Origin: a virus
Lineage: Duplodnaviria; Caudoviricetes
Direction: 5' to 3' (one strand)
IMG/VR virus record: IMGVR_UViG_3300017448_000004
Span: 1 to 62,155 of that record
DNA length: 62,155 nt
In this document: one piece after another, positions 27,715-36,489 of the stretch
How positions within the stretch are numbered: position 1 is the stretch's first letter
How the letters are laid out: each line of letters begins with the position of its first letter
Notes under the pieces: generated by a model
What the model saw: only the letters and a program-made list of their open reading frames with translations
What the model was told of the DNA's origin: nothing
Database searches by the model: none
Position numbers and translations under genes: made by a program

Positions 27715-28920
27715 CTACGAGGTTCCGCCGGTGACCGTACATATCAACTCGGCACTGATACTGTCGATGGGCGTTTCGTCCATGACCGTATTGACATCCG
27801 TGAGAAGCGTTCCTTCCGTATTCAGGAAAGTCGGAATCTGGAATTCAACTACGCACTGTCCCGCGACTCGACCGCGAACCGTCCACGGATTGCCGTCTGT
27901 GTCATCGACGGAGACGGGGGCGAAGTAAGTGTTACTGTACTTGCCCGCGTTGGATGGTCGATACCAAGTCGGATTGCTGCTCTGGGGGACGTTGTTAAGC
28001 ACGATTGCGTTCCACCCTGATCCCGATTGACCGGAACCCGCTGCAGGTGCCGTGATGTTGTCAGTAGTACTCAAGGTGACTGCTCCCGTGTTGGCAAGCG
28101 CCCTTCCTGCGAGGGTTCCGCCGCCGAGCGTGATTGTGGTGTGGGCCAGAATCGAACCGACCATATTGGAAGTACCGCCAAAGACGCTAGTGAAAGAACT
28201 TCCGTTCACCCAATAAACGTTCTTTGCCTGTGCGCCATTCGCCAGAAGAACGCTCGCGCCAGACTCCAACGTGATGGTGGAACCCGCAACGAACACAAAC
28301 ACCGCGTTCGGATTCCCCTGTGCATCCAGAGTGATGGATGTCGGGATGTCGAGACTGGAAGCTGGAGCAGAGAAATAGTTTCCAGCCGTGTACGTGTGGT
28401 TATTGGCACCGTTGCCGCCCGTTGAAAGATTGGATAGACCTGATAGCGTTGGAGGCAGTGCTTGGAATAACACGATAGCTGCGGCCAAATCAACCTGAGC
28501 CTGTGTTGCGGTTGCGTCTGCGTAATGGAATACACCGGGAGGCGTCAGGGTGCTTGGCGGAAAATTTGTGACAGACGTTTGGTTATTCGGAGAGATTCCG
28601 ATATTCCCACCCGAAACAGTAGACCCCGCTCCGGTACTTCCCGTAACTGCGGATGCACCAAGAATCGCGAAGTTAGCTGCCGTTTTAAGAAAAATATCCA
28701 ACCCACCCCCACTACTTCCGACCGTTGCACCCGCGTCGTCAATGGCCGAAGATGTTACAACAACGGACCCACCAATAGGGATGTTGACGGTGTACTGGGC
28801 GACACCCCGCGTGTTGGCAACGGGGGTATAGGTTTGCACTACGCCCGTTCCAGTCAATTTTACTGCTGCTGCAACGCCGAGACCGCTCGTAGGAACGCCC
28901 CCGACACTTGAGTTACTCAT
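27715..28920 (-). CDS. putative decoration protein with inserted DUF3494 ice-binding domain
   Basis: FAILGASAVT, AQVDLAAA, ITLDAQGNPNAVFVF, GAQAKNVYW, G.ILA.T.ITL, GRALA..GAVTL. Confidence 0.8.
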   Translation of the reverse strand: MSNSSVGGVPTSGLGVAAAVKLTGTGVVQTYTPVANTRGVAQYTVNIPIGGSVVVTSSAIDDAGATVGSSGGGLDIFLKTAANFAILGASAVTGSTGAGSTVSGGNIGISPNNQTSVTNFPPSTLTPPGVFHYADATATQAQVDLAAAIVLFQALPPTLSGLSNLSTGGNGANNHTYTAGNYFSAPASSLDIPTSITLDAQGNPNAVFVFVAGSTITLESGASVLLANGAQAKNVYWVNGSSFTSVFGGTSNMVGSILAHTTITLGGGTLAGRALANTGAVTLSTTDNITAPAAGSGQSGSGWNAIVLNNVPQSSNPTWYRPSNAGKYSNTYFAPVSVDDTDGNPWTVRGRVAGQCVVEFQIPTFLNTEGTLLTDVNTVMDETPIDSISAELICTVTGGTS

Positions 28921-28961
28921 AGACTTCCTTTTCTGAAAGAGCCGTTGCTCTTGTCAATATT

Positions 28962-29549
28962 TCAGTAAACGTGGTCACAGGCTAACGGCATGCCTGCTTT
29001 GTACTCTACAATTTGTTTGCACTTGTTCAAAAAATCTTCTAAAGAACTGGTTCTCTTCATAAAATTACATATCTTACAGCAAGGTACACAATTAGAAAGC
29101 ACATATCCTATAGAGTTATTCAAACGGTCGATACCATTATAGCGATATGGGGTTTTGCAAGAGGCCCCTTGATATGAATACTCAGGGGCATCTCCACAAT
29201 AAAAACAAACTCTAGAAGTGATCTCCCTAAACTCTTCGGAAGATAGAGAAAATACTAAATCTCGTTTCATCGCTTGCCATTTATAGGTTACCATCATCTG
29301 GTTCATAGAAGCGACCCCGACAGGCAATGTATTATCCCTACTCATCGTACGGGCTTTCTCTTGGGAGGAAAGTCGCCGCAAACAGCCGCAGCTTTTCTTT
29401 TTACCTTCTCTAAGAGTCTTTCCTGTACCGATACAAGTTTTACCGCATTCACACTGGCAAATCCAGCGGGAACGGTTGTGTTTTGATTCCGTAGAAGCTA
29501 TGACCGTTAATAGGCCGAACCTCTCGCCAACTAAGTTGGGCTTATCCAT
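28962..29549 (-). CDS. HNH homing endonuclease
   Basis: GERFGLLTV..W.C.CECG..SCGC; CFYCG...NGIDR.NN..GY...NCVPCC..CN. Confidence 0.85.
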   Translation of the reverse strand: MDKPNLVGERFGLLTVIASTESKHNRSRWICQCECGKTCIGTGKTLREGKKKSCGCLRRLSSQEKARTMSRDNTLPVGVASMNQMMVTYKWQAMKRDLVFSLSSEEFREITSRVCFYCGDAPEYSYQGASCKTPYRYNGIDRLNNSIGYVLSNCVPCCKICNFMKRTSSLEDFLNKCKQIVEYKAGMPLACDHVY

Positions 29550-29600
29550 AATTATCCTCAATCCTCAGTATGGGTGAATGATAAGCACTCACCCATACTA

Positions 29601-29629
29601 AGAATATCACTTTGTCACTGCTTTGTCAA
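29601..29629 (-). promoter_or_regulatory. sigma70-type promoter followed by a long 5' hairpin
   Basis: TTGACA-N17-TATTCT with extended TG; stem AGTATGGGTGA/TCACCCATACT immediately downstream. Confidence 0.7.
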
Positions 29630-31603
29630 CTAGGAGATTGCAGAGGCTGCATCTATCTGTCGCTGGCGTATCGTAGTATCTGGGCCGAGCGACGTTGTGA
29701 AGTGCACACGGTAGCTGGTCCATCCAGGGATCAACCCTTCCGGATCGGCTACAGTTGGCTCAGCATTCTGCACGATCTTGCATTCGCTTTATTGTTACCC
29801 GTGCAAGGGGATCAGTCATTTCTGCTGATCTCTTACGGTTTCATTCCCGTAATGATCGGACTATCGCACCGCCCAGAAGGGCGTCTTTTCATTTAGTCTC
29901 TCACGGTCGCCGTAGCGTTCCGCCTTATTCCCATCTCAGGGTTCAAGTCAATTAGAAAAGATTTTTTAACCTACATAACTTTCATTAAGTAGGACACCGA
30001 ATTGATGTTTCTCCATTCTCCGTCACCGAATCCGGTATCACCCTTTGCTCCGAGGTTGATGGAGAAGATACCATCGCGACCGAAGATGTAGGTGCGGAGT
30101 GCGGTCAGACCTGTAATACCGCTGTAATTCGAGGTCTGAGTGACCAGATTGGTCTGGTAGAAGTCCACGCCCGTAGAAGGCAGCGTGATGACTTCAGTCA
30201 AATCAACCGAGACGAGACTGTCCATCTTCATCTGGCCCACCGGAGTGTGCTTCAGAATGTCGATTGGGGAATCGTTGCTGTTGTCAGCAAGGACATCACC
30301 CAAAGCGAACGGATGGATAACGCCTGCGAAGCTCTTGGAACCTTCGTCGAACGGGCGCACGCTACGACCCGCCAGCGATTGGACGCTGTTACGAATCTGA
30401 GAGAGCGACAGAGCGGTGAAGCTAGAAGTGCTCGAAGCAGCCAGTTCAATTAGAACCGACGCGTCGATGCTCGATGCACCGTCAGCGGTTGCACGCACAA
30501 GTGCGGACAACGATTCGCCAAGACGGTACGACATTTCACGAGCAACGTTCTCAACGGTGTTATCAATCGCGGTAGCCAAACTCAGCGAACTGAAGTTCGC
30601 GTAATCGGCGTACTCACCGATAGTCGCGGTGGTCGTAAGAACACTGACAGACAACGAAGAACCGACCGTACCTTCCGTGGTCTGTGTGGTGTTAGCGGCC
30701 AACGGAACGTACATGAACATTTCATATTGATTACCACTGTTCATCGGAAGATCGAGACGTTCCGAACATGCGACGAACGGTGTTTGTGCCTTACAAATTT
30801 GTTATTGTTATCTCCATCACTGGAGTCACATTCTACATGTCGCCATGTAGTTCAGACTCTATCTTTACGGCATCACTGCCGATGTTCGACGTATTAGTCG
30901 TTGGGGATGCACCTACGCTCAGCATTGCTTCTTCGTATTTCTTCGCCACTTGACTACGTGAGGAAGCCTTACGATTAAATACTGAGCACCGTCTAGCAAG
31001 GTCAAATCGCTTTACATTCATGTCCCATGTTAAAGGAGTTCTAATGTACTCTAAAGCGAGTAGTGCCTGTTCTCTCTTGAGAATTAAATACGGCAATATC
31101 TCAAGAATGAATGGTTCACGAGCCTTGCCCCGAGGGGCTGTCCATTGATAACCCGGACGTGTTGAGTTCTTCATGGTGTGTTCATATTGTGCCCCACCAT
31201 AATGAAACTGCAACCAATCAGTAAGCCGCTTATCGCCTTGATAGGCAGATATTTCCAATACAGGACGATAGACGAATTTATTTTGACGCTTGTCAAAACG
31301 CTTCGAGATGTAAATAGATATACATCCTTCGCCGTCTATTATCCCCGCAGCATACCCATTATTTTTGGATTGCATTGGAGCCTTTCCTCCGTCTCTGCTC
31401 AAAGAGCCTTTGACGGATATAGTCGAATTTTAAGAACCCTAATGTCAAGGTTCTCACGGAACTTTTTGTCATACCTCTATATTACCACACTCGACGGAAC
31501 TTGTCAAACTGCCTATCTACGGTTTTCCGTGTAAGTCCTATGAAAACTTTACCGTGGACTGGGGCAAGTTAGAAAGCTGATTCCCGGCGGGCGAAAATGC
31601 CAT
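29630..31603 (-). CDS. major capsid protein (N4 gp56-like), 343 aa when spliced from exons 31603-31544, 31473-31448, 30793-30005 and 29786-29630
   Basis: joined exons give one frame MAFSPAGNQLSNLPQSTVKF|YDKKFRENL|KAQTPF...LPMNSG...EG...EYADY...IHP...GEWRNI|ECKIV...ADPEG..PGW.SY; directly after the scaffold gene. Confidence 0.88.
29787..30004 (-). ncRNA. group I intron, ORF-less (capsid intron 3, 218 nt)
   Basis: 5' exon ends in U, intron ends in G; P1 ACAU/GUGU; P10 AUUCG/CGAAU; P7 GACUA/UAGUC; removal restores frame. Confidence 0.9.
30794..31447 (-). mobile_element. group I intron carrying a LAGLIDADG homing endonuclease (capsid intron 2, 654 nt)
   Basis: P1 GAACCU/GGGUUC with U.G; P3 UUCGAC/GUCGAA; P7 GACU/AGUC; terminal G; removal restores ENL-KAQ. 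Confidence 0.9.
30833..31375 (-). CDS. intron-encoded single-motif LAGLIDADG homing endonuclease
   Basis: YAAGIIDGEGCISI; ILPYLILKREQA; 3' end runs into the intron core. Confidence 0.92.
   Translation of the reverse strand: MQSKNNGYAAGIIDGEGCISIYISKRFDKRQNKFVYRPVLEISAYQGDKRLTDWLQFHYGGAQYEHTMKNSTRPGYQWTAPRGKAREPFILEILPYLILKREQALLALEYIRTPLTWDMNVKRFDLARRCSVFNRKASSRSQVAKKYEEAMLSVGASPTTNTSNIGSDAVKIESELHGDM
31474..31543 (-). ncRNA. 70-nt group I-like mini-intron lacking a catalytic core (capsid intron 1)
   Basis: contains in-frame TAG, length not a multiple of 3; P1 AAGUUU/GGACUU with U.G at junction, P10 UCAUA/UAUGA, ends in G; no P3-P7 elements. Confidence 0.7.
31479..31507 (-). promoter_or_regulatory. 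sigma70-type promoter inside the mini-intron
   Basis: TTGACA-N17-TAATAT with extended TG, same class as other promoters in this genome. Confidence 0.7.
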
Positions 31604-31624
31604 AAGGGGTTTCCTTTCAACAAC

Positions 31625-32593
31625 TTATCGACGAGGACGTGGGGGACGGGTTGCTTCCAACTCGTTCACACGTTTGACAAACGCTGGGTTTGTCATAATC
31701 TGCTTCCGATAATCTTCGGAAGGCATATCGTCGATCATTTTCAGAGTCAGTGCTTCCGTGTCGCTTGTTGGCATCGCACCACCCACTGGGGCAACACGAT
31801 TGTTCAAGCCTGACGGAACATGACTCTGTCGCTTTTCTTGCGGCACCGGAGCCTCGTTAATTCGAACGGGTTCCACTGCTACAGCCTGCGGTTCCGGCTG
31901 TATTTCCGCCACGGGAGTCACAACTTGCGGTTGTGGTATCACTGGCGGAACCTCACGCACGATAGGAGAGGAAAGAAGCAATCCGGCTTCTTCCATCTTT
32001 GTTTGGGCAAATTCAAAATTTCGAACGGATGGTTGTAGCCCCGTCTTCGTCATCCATTCACAGACCGTGTTAATATTCTCGTTGCACGCATAAAATTCTG
32101 GGTGCCGTTCGAGCCATACTTCAGCATTCTGACGAGCCATAATCTGCTTCGTCTGTTGCTGTTGGGTGTTCAATGTATCGCGCAATTGCGCGGGTGGGAC
32201 GCCGAGCGAAGACTCTAGGAGCCTATCGCGGGCGGACTCAAACTTCTCTGGATCGTTCATATCCTGAGAGATCGCATACCGTTCTTCAGTGGTAAGGGGC
32301 TTCTCCTTGAACTGGATAATATTTGAAGTTAGTTCTAGGTCCGTGGGCAGGGCGTCTACTTCGGGCGTGCCAAGGCGAGCCTTGCGTTTTACATCACGCA
32401 TACCAAGGATAGAATTGCTATGGGCTTTTTGCAACTTCTCAATCAACTCGTCCGGGGTGGTATAACTAAATCGTTGCAAACCGCCAACAGCCCTGTTGTG
32501 TTCGTCTACTGGCTGGTACTCGTGCCACTTCACTTTTGTCGTAGGCGCAACTACTGGCGCGGTCACTTCTGGTACCACAATTGTTGTATCCAT
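31625..32593 (-). CDS. capsid scaffolding protein
   Basis: helical acidic protein immediately upstream of the capsid gene; Pro-rich linker and C-terminal ID.MP...Y motif. Confidence 0.75.
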   Translation of the reverse strand: MDTTIVVPEVTAPVVAPTTKVKWHEYQPVDEHNRAVGGLQRFSYTTPDELIEKLQKAHSNSILGMRDVKRKARLGTPEVDALPTDLELTSNIIQFKEKPLTTEERYAISQDMNDPEKFESARDRLLESSLGVPPAQLRDTLNTQQQQTKQIMARQNAEVWLERHPEFYACNENINTVCEWMTKTGLQPSVRNFEFAQTKMEEAGLLLSSPIVREVPPVIPQPQVVTPVAEIQPEPQAVAVEPVRINEAPVPQEKRQSHVPSGLNNRVAPVGGAMPTSDTEALTLKMIDDMPSEDYRKQIMTNPAFVKRVNELEATRPPRPRR

Positions 32594-32607
32594 ACACTCC
32601 TCCAAGG

Positions 32608-32940
32608 TTACTGCAACTCAGGTATATCTGTCGCGTTCTCAATCCGTGGTTTCCGGTTGGTGTAAGCGACAATCTGGCACTCGCTCTCAATCTTTTCCAT
32701 GAGTGCCGTATAAAATTGAGCCACCCCTTTTGCGATGAAATGGGCGGCGAGAACTTCTTCTTGCTTCGCGGGATTGGTATCAAGCAATTTGAAATTAAAC
32801 TTTCGAACTTGGTCTTCCATAATCCGCTGCATTACTTCAAAACCACGTTGCTTTACGCTTGCGGCTAGAATTCCACGCTCGTCATCCGTCAATTCCAAAT
32901 TAATGTCCAATCCTTTAAGTTCGTTGGTCACTTTCAGCAT
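32608..32940 (-). CDS. small helical head-assembly protein (post-portal gene)
   Basis: position between portal and scaffold; GGAGGAG SD. Confidence 0.55.
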   Translation of the reverse strand: MLKVTNELKGLDINLELTDDERGILAASVKQRGFEVMQRIMEDQVRKFNFKLLDTNPAKQEEVLAAHFIAKGVAQFYTALMEKIESECQIVAYTNRKPRIENATDIPELQ

Positions 32941-32957
32941 GTCTCCTCCAAGAGTTT

Positions 32958-33617
32958 CTAGTGAGTAGCAGTATCCAACTGATCTGGTGTAAAGGCCAAA
33001 GGTACGTCTAAACTATCCGCAGATTTATCACCCATAGAGGTCACTGCAACGATATTTCCATTTTCATCAAATACCCCCGATCCGGAATCTCCCCCAAAAG
33101 TTGGCAGAATGAAGTTTTCAAACTGGACTTTTAATGCGGGGTCCAAATCTTTTTCGGTGTCATATTTAATGAAGTATCCACTTCGATAAACATCGCTATT
33201 GTGTCCGGGTGCTCCCCAGATATGGACCGATTCATTTGGAATCAGGGTACGTTCATTAATACTGGCCCATGTCTTGAACGTACGATCTACGAGATATATT
33301 ACATGGTCATTCCCATCAATTATCGCGGCAGCAATGTGAATCGGGTCTTTCTCGGAATCCAACCTGATTAGATTGCTATCAAAGAAACAATGTTGGGCTG
33401 TTAAAATAGCGTGTGGACCTACGACAGTTCCGGAACAGTGACCCACTTCTTGATCCCACGTATCTCCTTTTTCCAAATCATAAATCGCGATACGATGGGT
33501 AGTTGCGTGCTGTTGCTCGATTGCCGTTTTTGTTACGATGGATGCCATTACTGGTTCGGTTGTCGGGGCAGACAAACCCAAAGCGAGCATGAGTACAAAT
33601 ACAAAAGTTTTCAACAT
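32958..33617 (-). CDS. secreted trypsin-like serine protease
   Basis: signal peptide MLKTFVFVLMLALGLSA; CSG..V...AILTAQHC; GGDSGSGVF. Confidence 0.85.
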   Translation of the reverse strand: MLKTFVFVLMLALGLSAPTTEPVMASIVTKTAIEQQHATTHRIAIYDLEKGDTWDQEVGHCSGTVVGPHAILTAQHCFFDSNLIRLDSEKDPIHIAAAIIDGNDHVIYLVDRTFKTWASINERTLIPNESVHIWGAPGHNSDVYRSGYFIKYDTEKDLDPALKVQFENFILPTFGGDSGSGVFDENGNIVAVTSMGDKSADSLDVPLAFTPDQLDTATH

Positions 33618-33643
33618 AAGGTTCTCCAAACAGAGCATATATT

Positions 33644-33812
33644 AAACTGGTTCCACTATTATCGGAGCCTCTGTTCCAGTTTGTACCCATATAGGGGTTG
33701 ATTAGACGATAAACGGCCCCTATATGGGTACAAACTGGTTCCACTATTATCGGAGCCTCTGTTCCAGTTTGTACCCATATAGGGGCCGTTTATCGTCTAA
33801 TCAACCCCTATA
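33644..33812. repeat. nested inverted/direct repeat with perfect 49-bp arms
   Basis: 33690-33738 is the exact reverse complement of 33764-33812; 54-nt direct repeat at 33644-33697 and 33732-33785. Confidence 0.95.
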
Positions 33813-33815
33813 AGC

Positions 33816-36148
33816 CTATTCAACGGTCGGTTGCATCCCCTCTAATCCCCCCGTAGACGGAACTCCCTCCACAGATTCCGAGAGACCCGAGGCTTTAGCG
33901 GATGCAATCACTAAATCTCGTTTAATACGATTATTAGTAGACTGATCCTCCAACTCCGATTTCTGTTGGAATTTCTGTTCTACGCTTTGCTGCCCAGCTT
34001 GTATCTTCTGGGCGTTGAGCGCGGCTGGGGAATTCGCTTTGTACTCCTGAATTTCTTCAGGAGTCATCGGCACAACAATATCATTACCGTTCTTCCACTC
34101 GCTGGCTTCCATCCACATCTTAAAGACAGAGAGGAAGTCAACCTTCTTCCCTTGTTTAGCGAGCGACTCTATCAACTGAGGATTGTCTAGGAACTGTGTA
34201 AGCATAGTCATGGACTGGGCCATGGTACGCTTCGCGGACATACTCGCGCCCGCGAGAACTTCGAAGTCCATGACTGCATCCCAATAATCTTGCATGCCTA
34301 CGGATTTCGCTAATGGCTTGCCAAGCACGTCACCCAGAATGTGAAGGATGGTCGCGTCTGACATTTTTGTGAATACGAGTTCGTCCATGATGTACAACCA
34401 TGGTTTGAACACTTGCTCGATGAAATTGTCCAACGGACCATCGAGCCGTGTCGCGCTCGCGGATGCTTGAATTGCAGCACCACCAGAAGTACGACCCATG
34501 GAGGACCGTGGCCCTGCTGAACTGCCCTGAACTAACTGTTGATCCGCTCCAGATGAGGACTCAGTCGATTGCTCAGATTCCCGCAATGCCTGCCAAGTAT
34601 CGGAGGGCACTTTCGGAGTTTCCATGAGCGTAAAGGCTTCCTTCGTGGGACCATCGACGGTCATGACTTTTCCGACGCTGGTCTTAATCATCTGGGTGAA
34701 GTTGTTCCCGTCACGCTTCTTCAGATAGATCGGGTTGACACCATACGACAAAATTTTGAGAATCGCGTTGATCGTACCTTGATCAACTCTTTGATTCTGT
34801 CCGACGATGAGACCCAGACCCATTCCATAAAATGACTTCGGTCTGTTCCACCAGTTTGCAGATAGGAACGGTACGCGTTTGAATTCGTTGTCGCCTGCGT
34901 ATAACACTTTCTCGCCCTTTAGGACGATGATCTTTTGTTTACCATCCCAATACTCAAGCACTTCCAGTTTGGTCATCAACGGATTAGGCGTATTACCGAC
35001 GTTGGAATCTTGGGCATGATGGACGGCACCCTTCATGTACAGGGCTTGCTCGACCATTTGGTTTGGCGCGGACGGTGATTGCACTGCCCACATTTCTTTT
35101 AGATTCGTAGGGAACGTCCATCCCTCCATTACTGCTGGATTGATTTTCGCTTCCTTTTCCAATGCAATACGGATAGAATCTACTTCGTAAAAGTCCATCG
35201 AACGAACGTCAATAGCCCACCGCACTTCGCGGATATCTGAGACGTTTAGTTTGGGATCGAGAAGCACTGCGTCCAACGGACGATGTTCAAAGAACGGCAT
35301 CGGGACGACCTTAGTCGTCACAGTGATTTTCGGCGGTTCATCTGTGGGAATTGTAACTGTCGTTTGCTGGCCGTCAGGTCCGACTTTCTCTGCGATAGCG
35401 GCGGCTTTACGCTTAGACGTTGTAATCTCAGTCCAATCGTAACCCCACTTCCAGATTCCCGTACCGAGATGGGCCATCGTTTCGAGGCCCCACTTCGTCT
35501 CTGTCTTGAACTTACTCTTATCAAGTATGTATGAGAACAAAGCGGTCTTCGCGTCCGTGATCTCCTGCTTGACGCCGGGACGCGGGCGAAGAATCATTGG
35601 CGGGTCATCGTAGAACATGCCCTTATACAATTGTGGAACGACTGAGTTGCAAATTTTCGCAACGGTAAACCTTACAACATTGGGTTCGAGAACGTACGTG
35701 TTTTCATAAACCGTCATTGGACGGGGTGCTTGGAATAGAAGGTCGGCATCCACCGTTGTTGCTGCTAGCACCTAGCAGGATAAGTCATTTCTGCTTATCT
35801 CATACGGTTGGATTCCCGTATGGTCGGACTATCGCATCATGGTTTTCACCACGCCATCTCATTTAGTCTCTCACGGTGCTTTCGCTTCCGCCTTATTCCC
35901 GTTTCAGGGTTCAAGTCAATTAGAGTCAGTTTTTATCTGGCGCAATACTCTTAACGCCAGAGGAGATTCCACTGTTTATTAAGTAGAAAATCCCGTGCTG
36001 CTTGTGCAGATTGAACTACAATCCCCAAATGCGTTGAAAGATCGTCGGTTATTTCTTTGATCTCTCCCGATTTATTAAAATTCTCGCCAGTAATAGATGC
36101 ATTCGGATTTCCGTCCACTACTAGTTGGCCATCAACTAATTCTGGCAT
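33816..36148 (-). CDS. portal protein, about 709 aa spliced from exons 36148-35954 and 35750-33816
   Basis: HLGTGIWKWG, LEVLEYWD, FYGMGLG, ESSSGAD P22-like portal motifs; exon join QWNLLWR|DADLLFQ. Confidence 0.88.
35751..35953 (-). ncRNA. group I intron, ORF-less (portal intron, 203 nt)
   Basis: P1 CUGGCGU/GCGCCAG; P10 GUAUU/GAUGC; P7 GACUA/UAGUC; terminal G; core homologous to 29787..30004. Confidence 0.92.
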
Positions 36149-36320
36149 GTAAAACCTCTCGTTCCTTCTTTGTCGCTTGATATTTCCTATTCGCTAATGC
36201 CGCAGGACTTGGATTTTCGTGCCTACGACGAATATTCGATTCCTCTACCGCGTAAATTTCCCGTTTTTCAGATTCGTCACTGCATATACGTTCATGCCCG
36301 AATTTGTCAATAAGCGCCAT
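36132..36320 (-). CDS. hypothetical protein
   Basis: ORF with AAGGA SD. Confidence 0.45.
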   Translation of the reverse strand: MALIDKFGHERICSDESEKREIYAVEESNIRRRHENPSPAALANRKYQATKKEREVLHARIS

Positions 36321-36489
36321 GACTATCCTTCATTCCACGCCAGTAACACTTCCACGCTCGTTCTGTGAATGGAGAAACGTATTCCTCGTTAGCACACTGC
36401 GTGAGATCGTACATCAGCGGACGTATGCCCTCTTTACAATATATCTCAAAAAGTTTCCTAGCCGCAGTCTCATTGATCAATTTCTCCTC

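Noticed and set aside
31474-31543. T4 gene 60-type translational bypass of the 70-nt insert
   Set aside because: No matched take-off and landing codons in the productive frame: the codon before UAU is AGG, and the internal UUU landing leads to a UAA stop. The P1, P10 and terminal G features fit splicing better.
30794-31543. One long intron spanning the insert, exon 2 and intron 2
   Set aside because: The join would read UUU-UAA (stop) and would drop the capsid-like YDKKFRENL segment. Intron 2 has its own P1.
33644-33812. Mini CRISPR array
   Set aside because: The repeats alternate in orientation, the spacers are duplicated rather than unique, and no cas genes are present.
33816-35771. Portal starting at the ORF-track start (MLAATTV)
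   Set aside because: That start lies inside the intron 3' end; the real N-terminus is the upstream exon 36148-35954.
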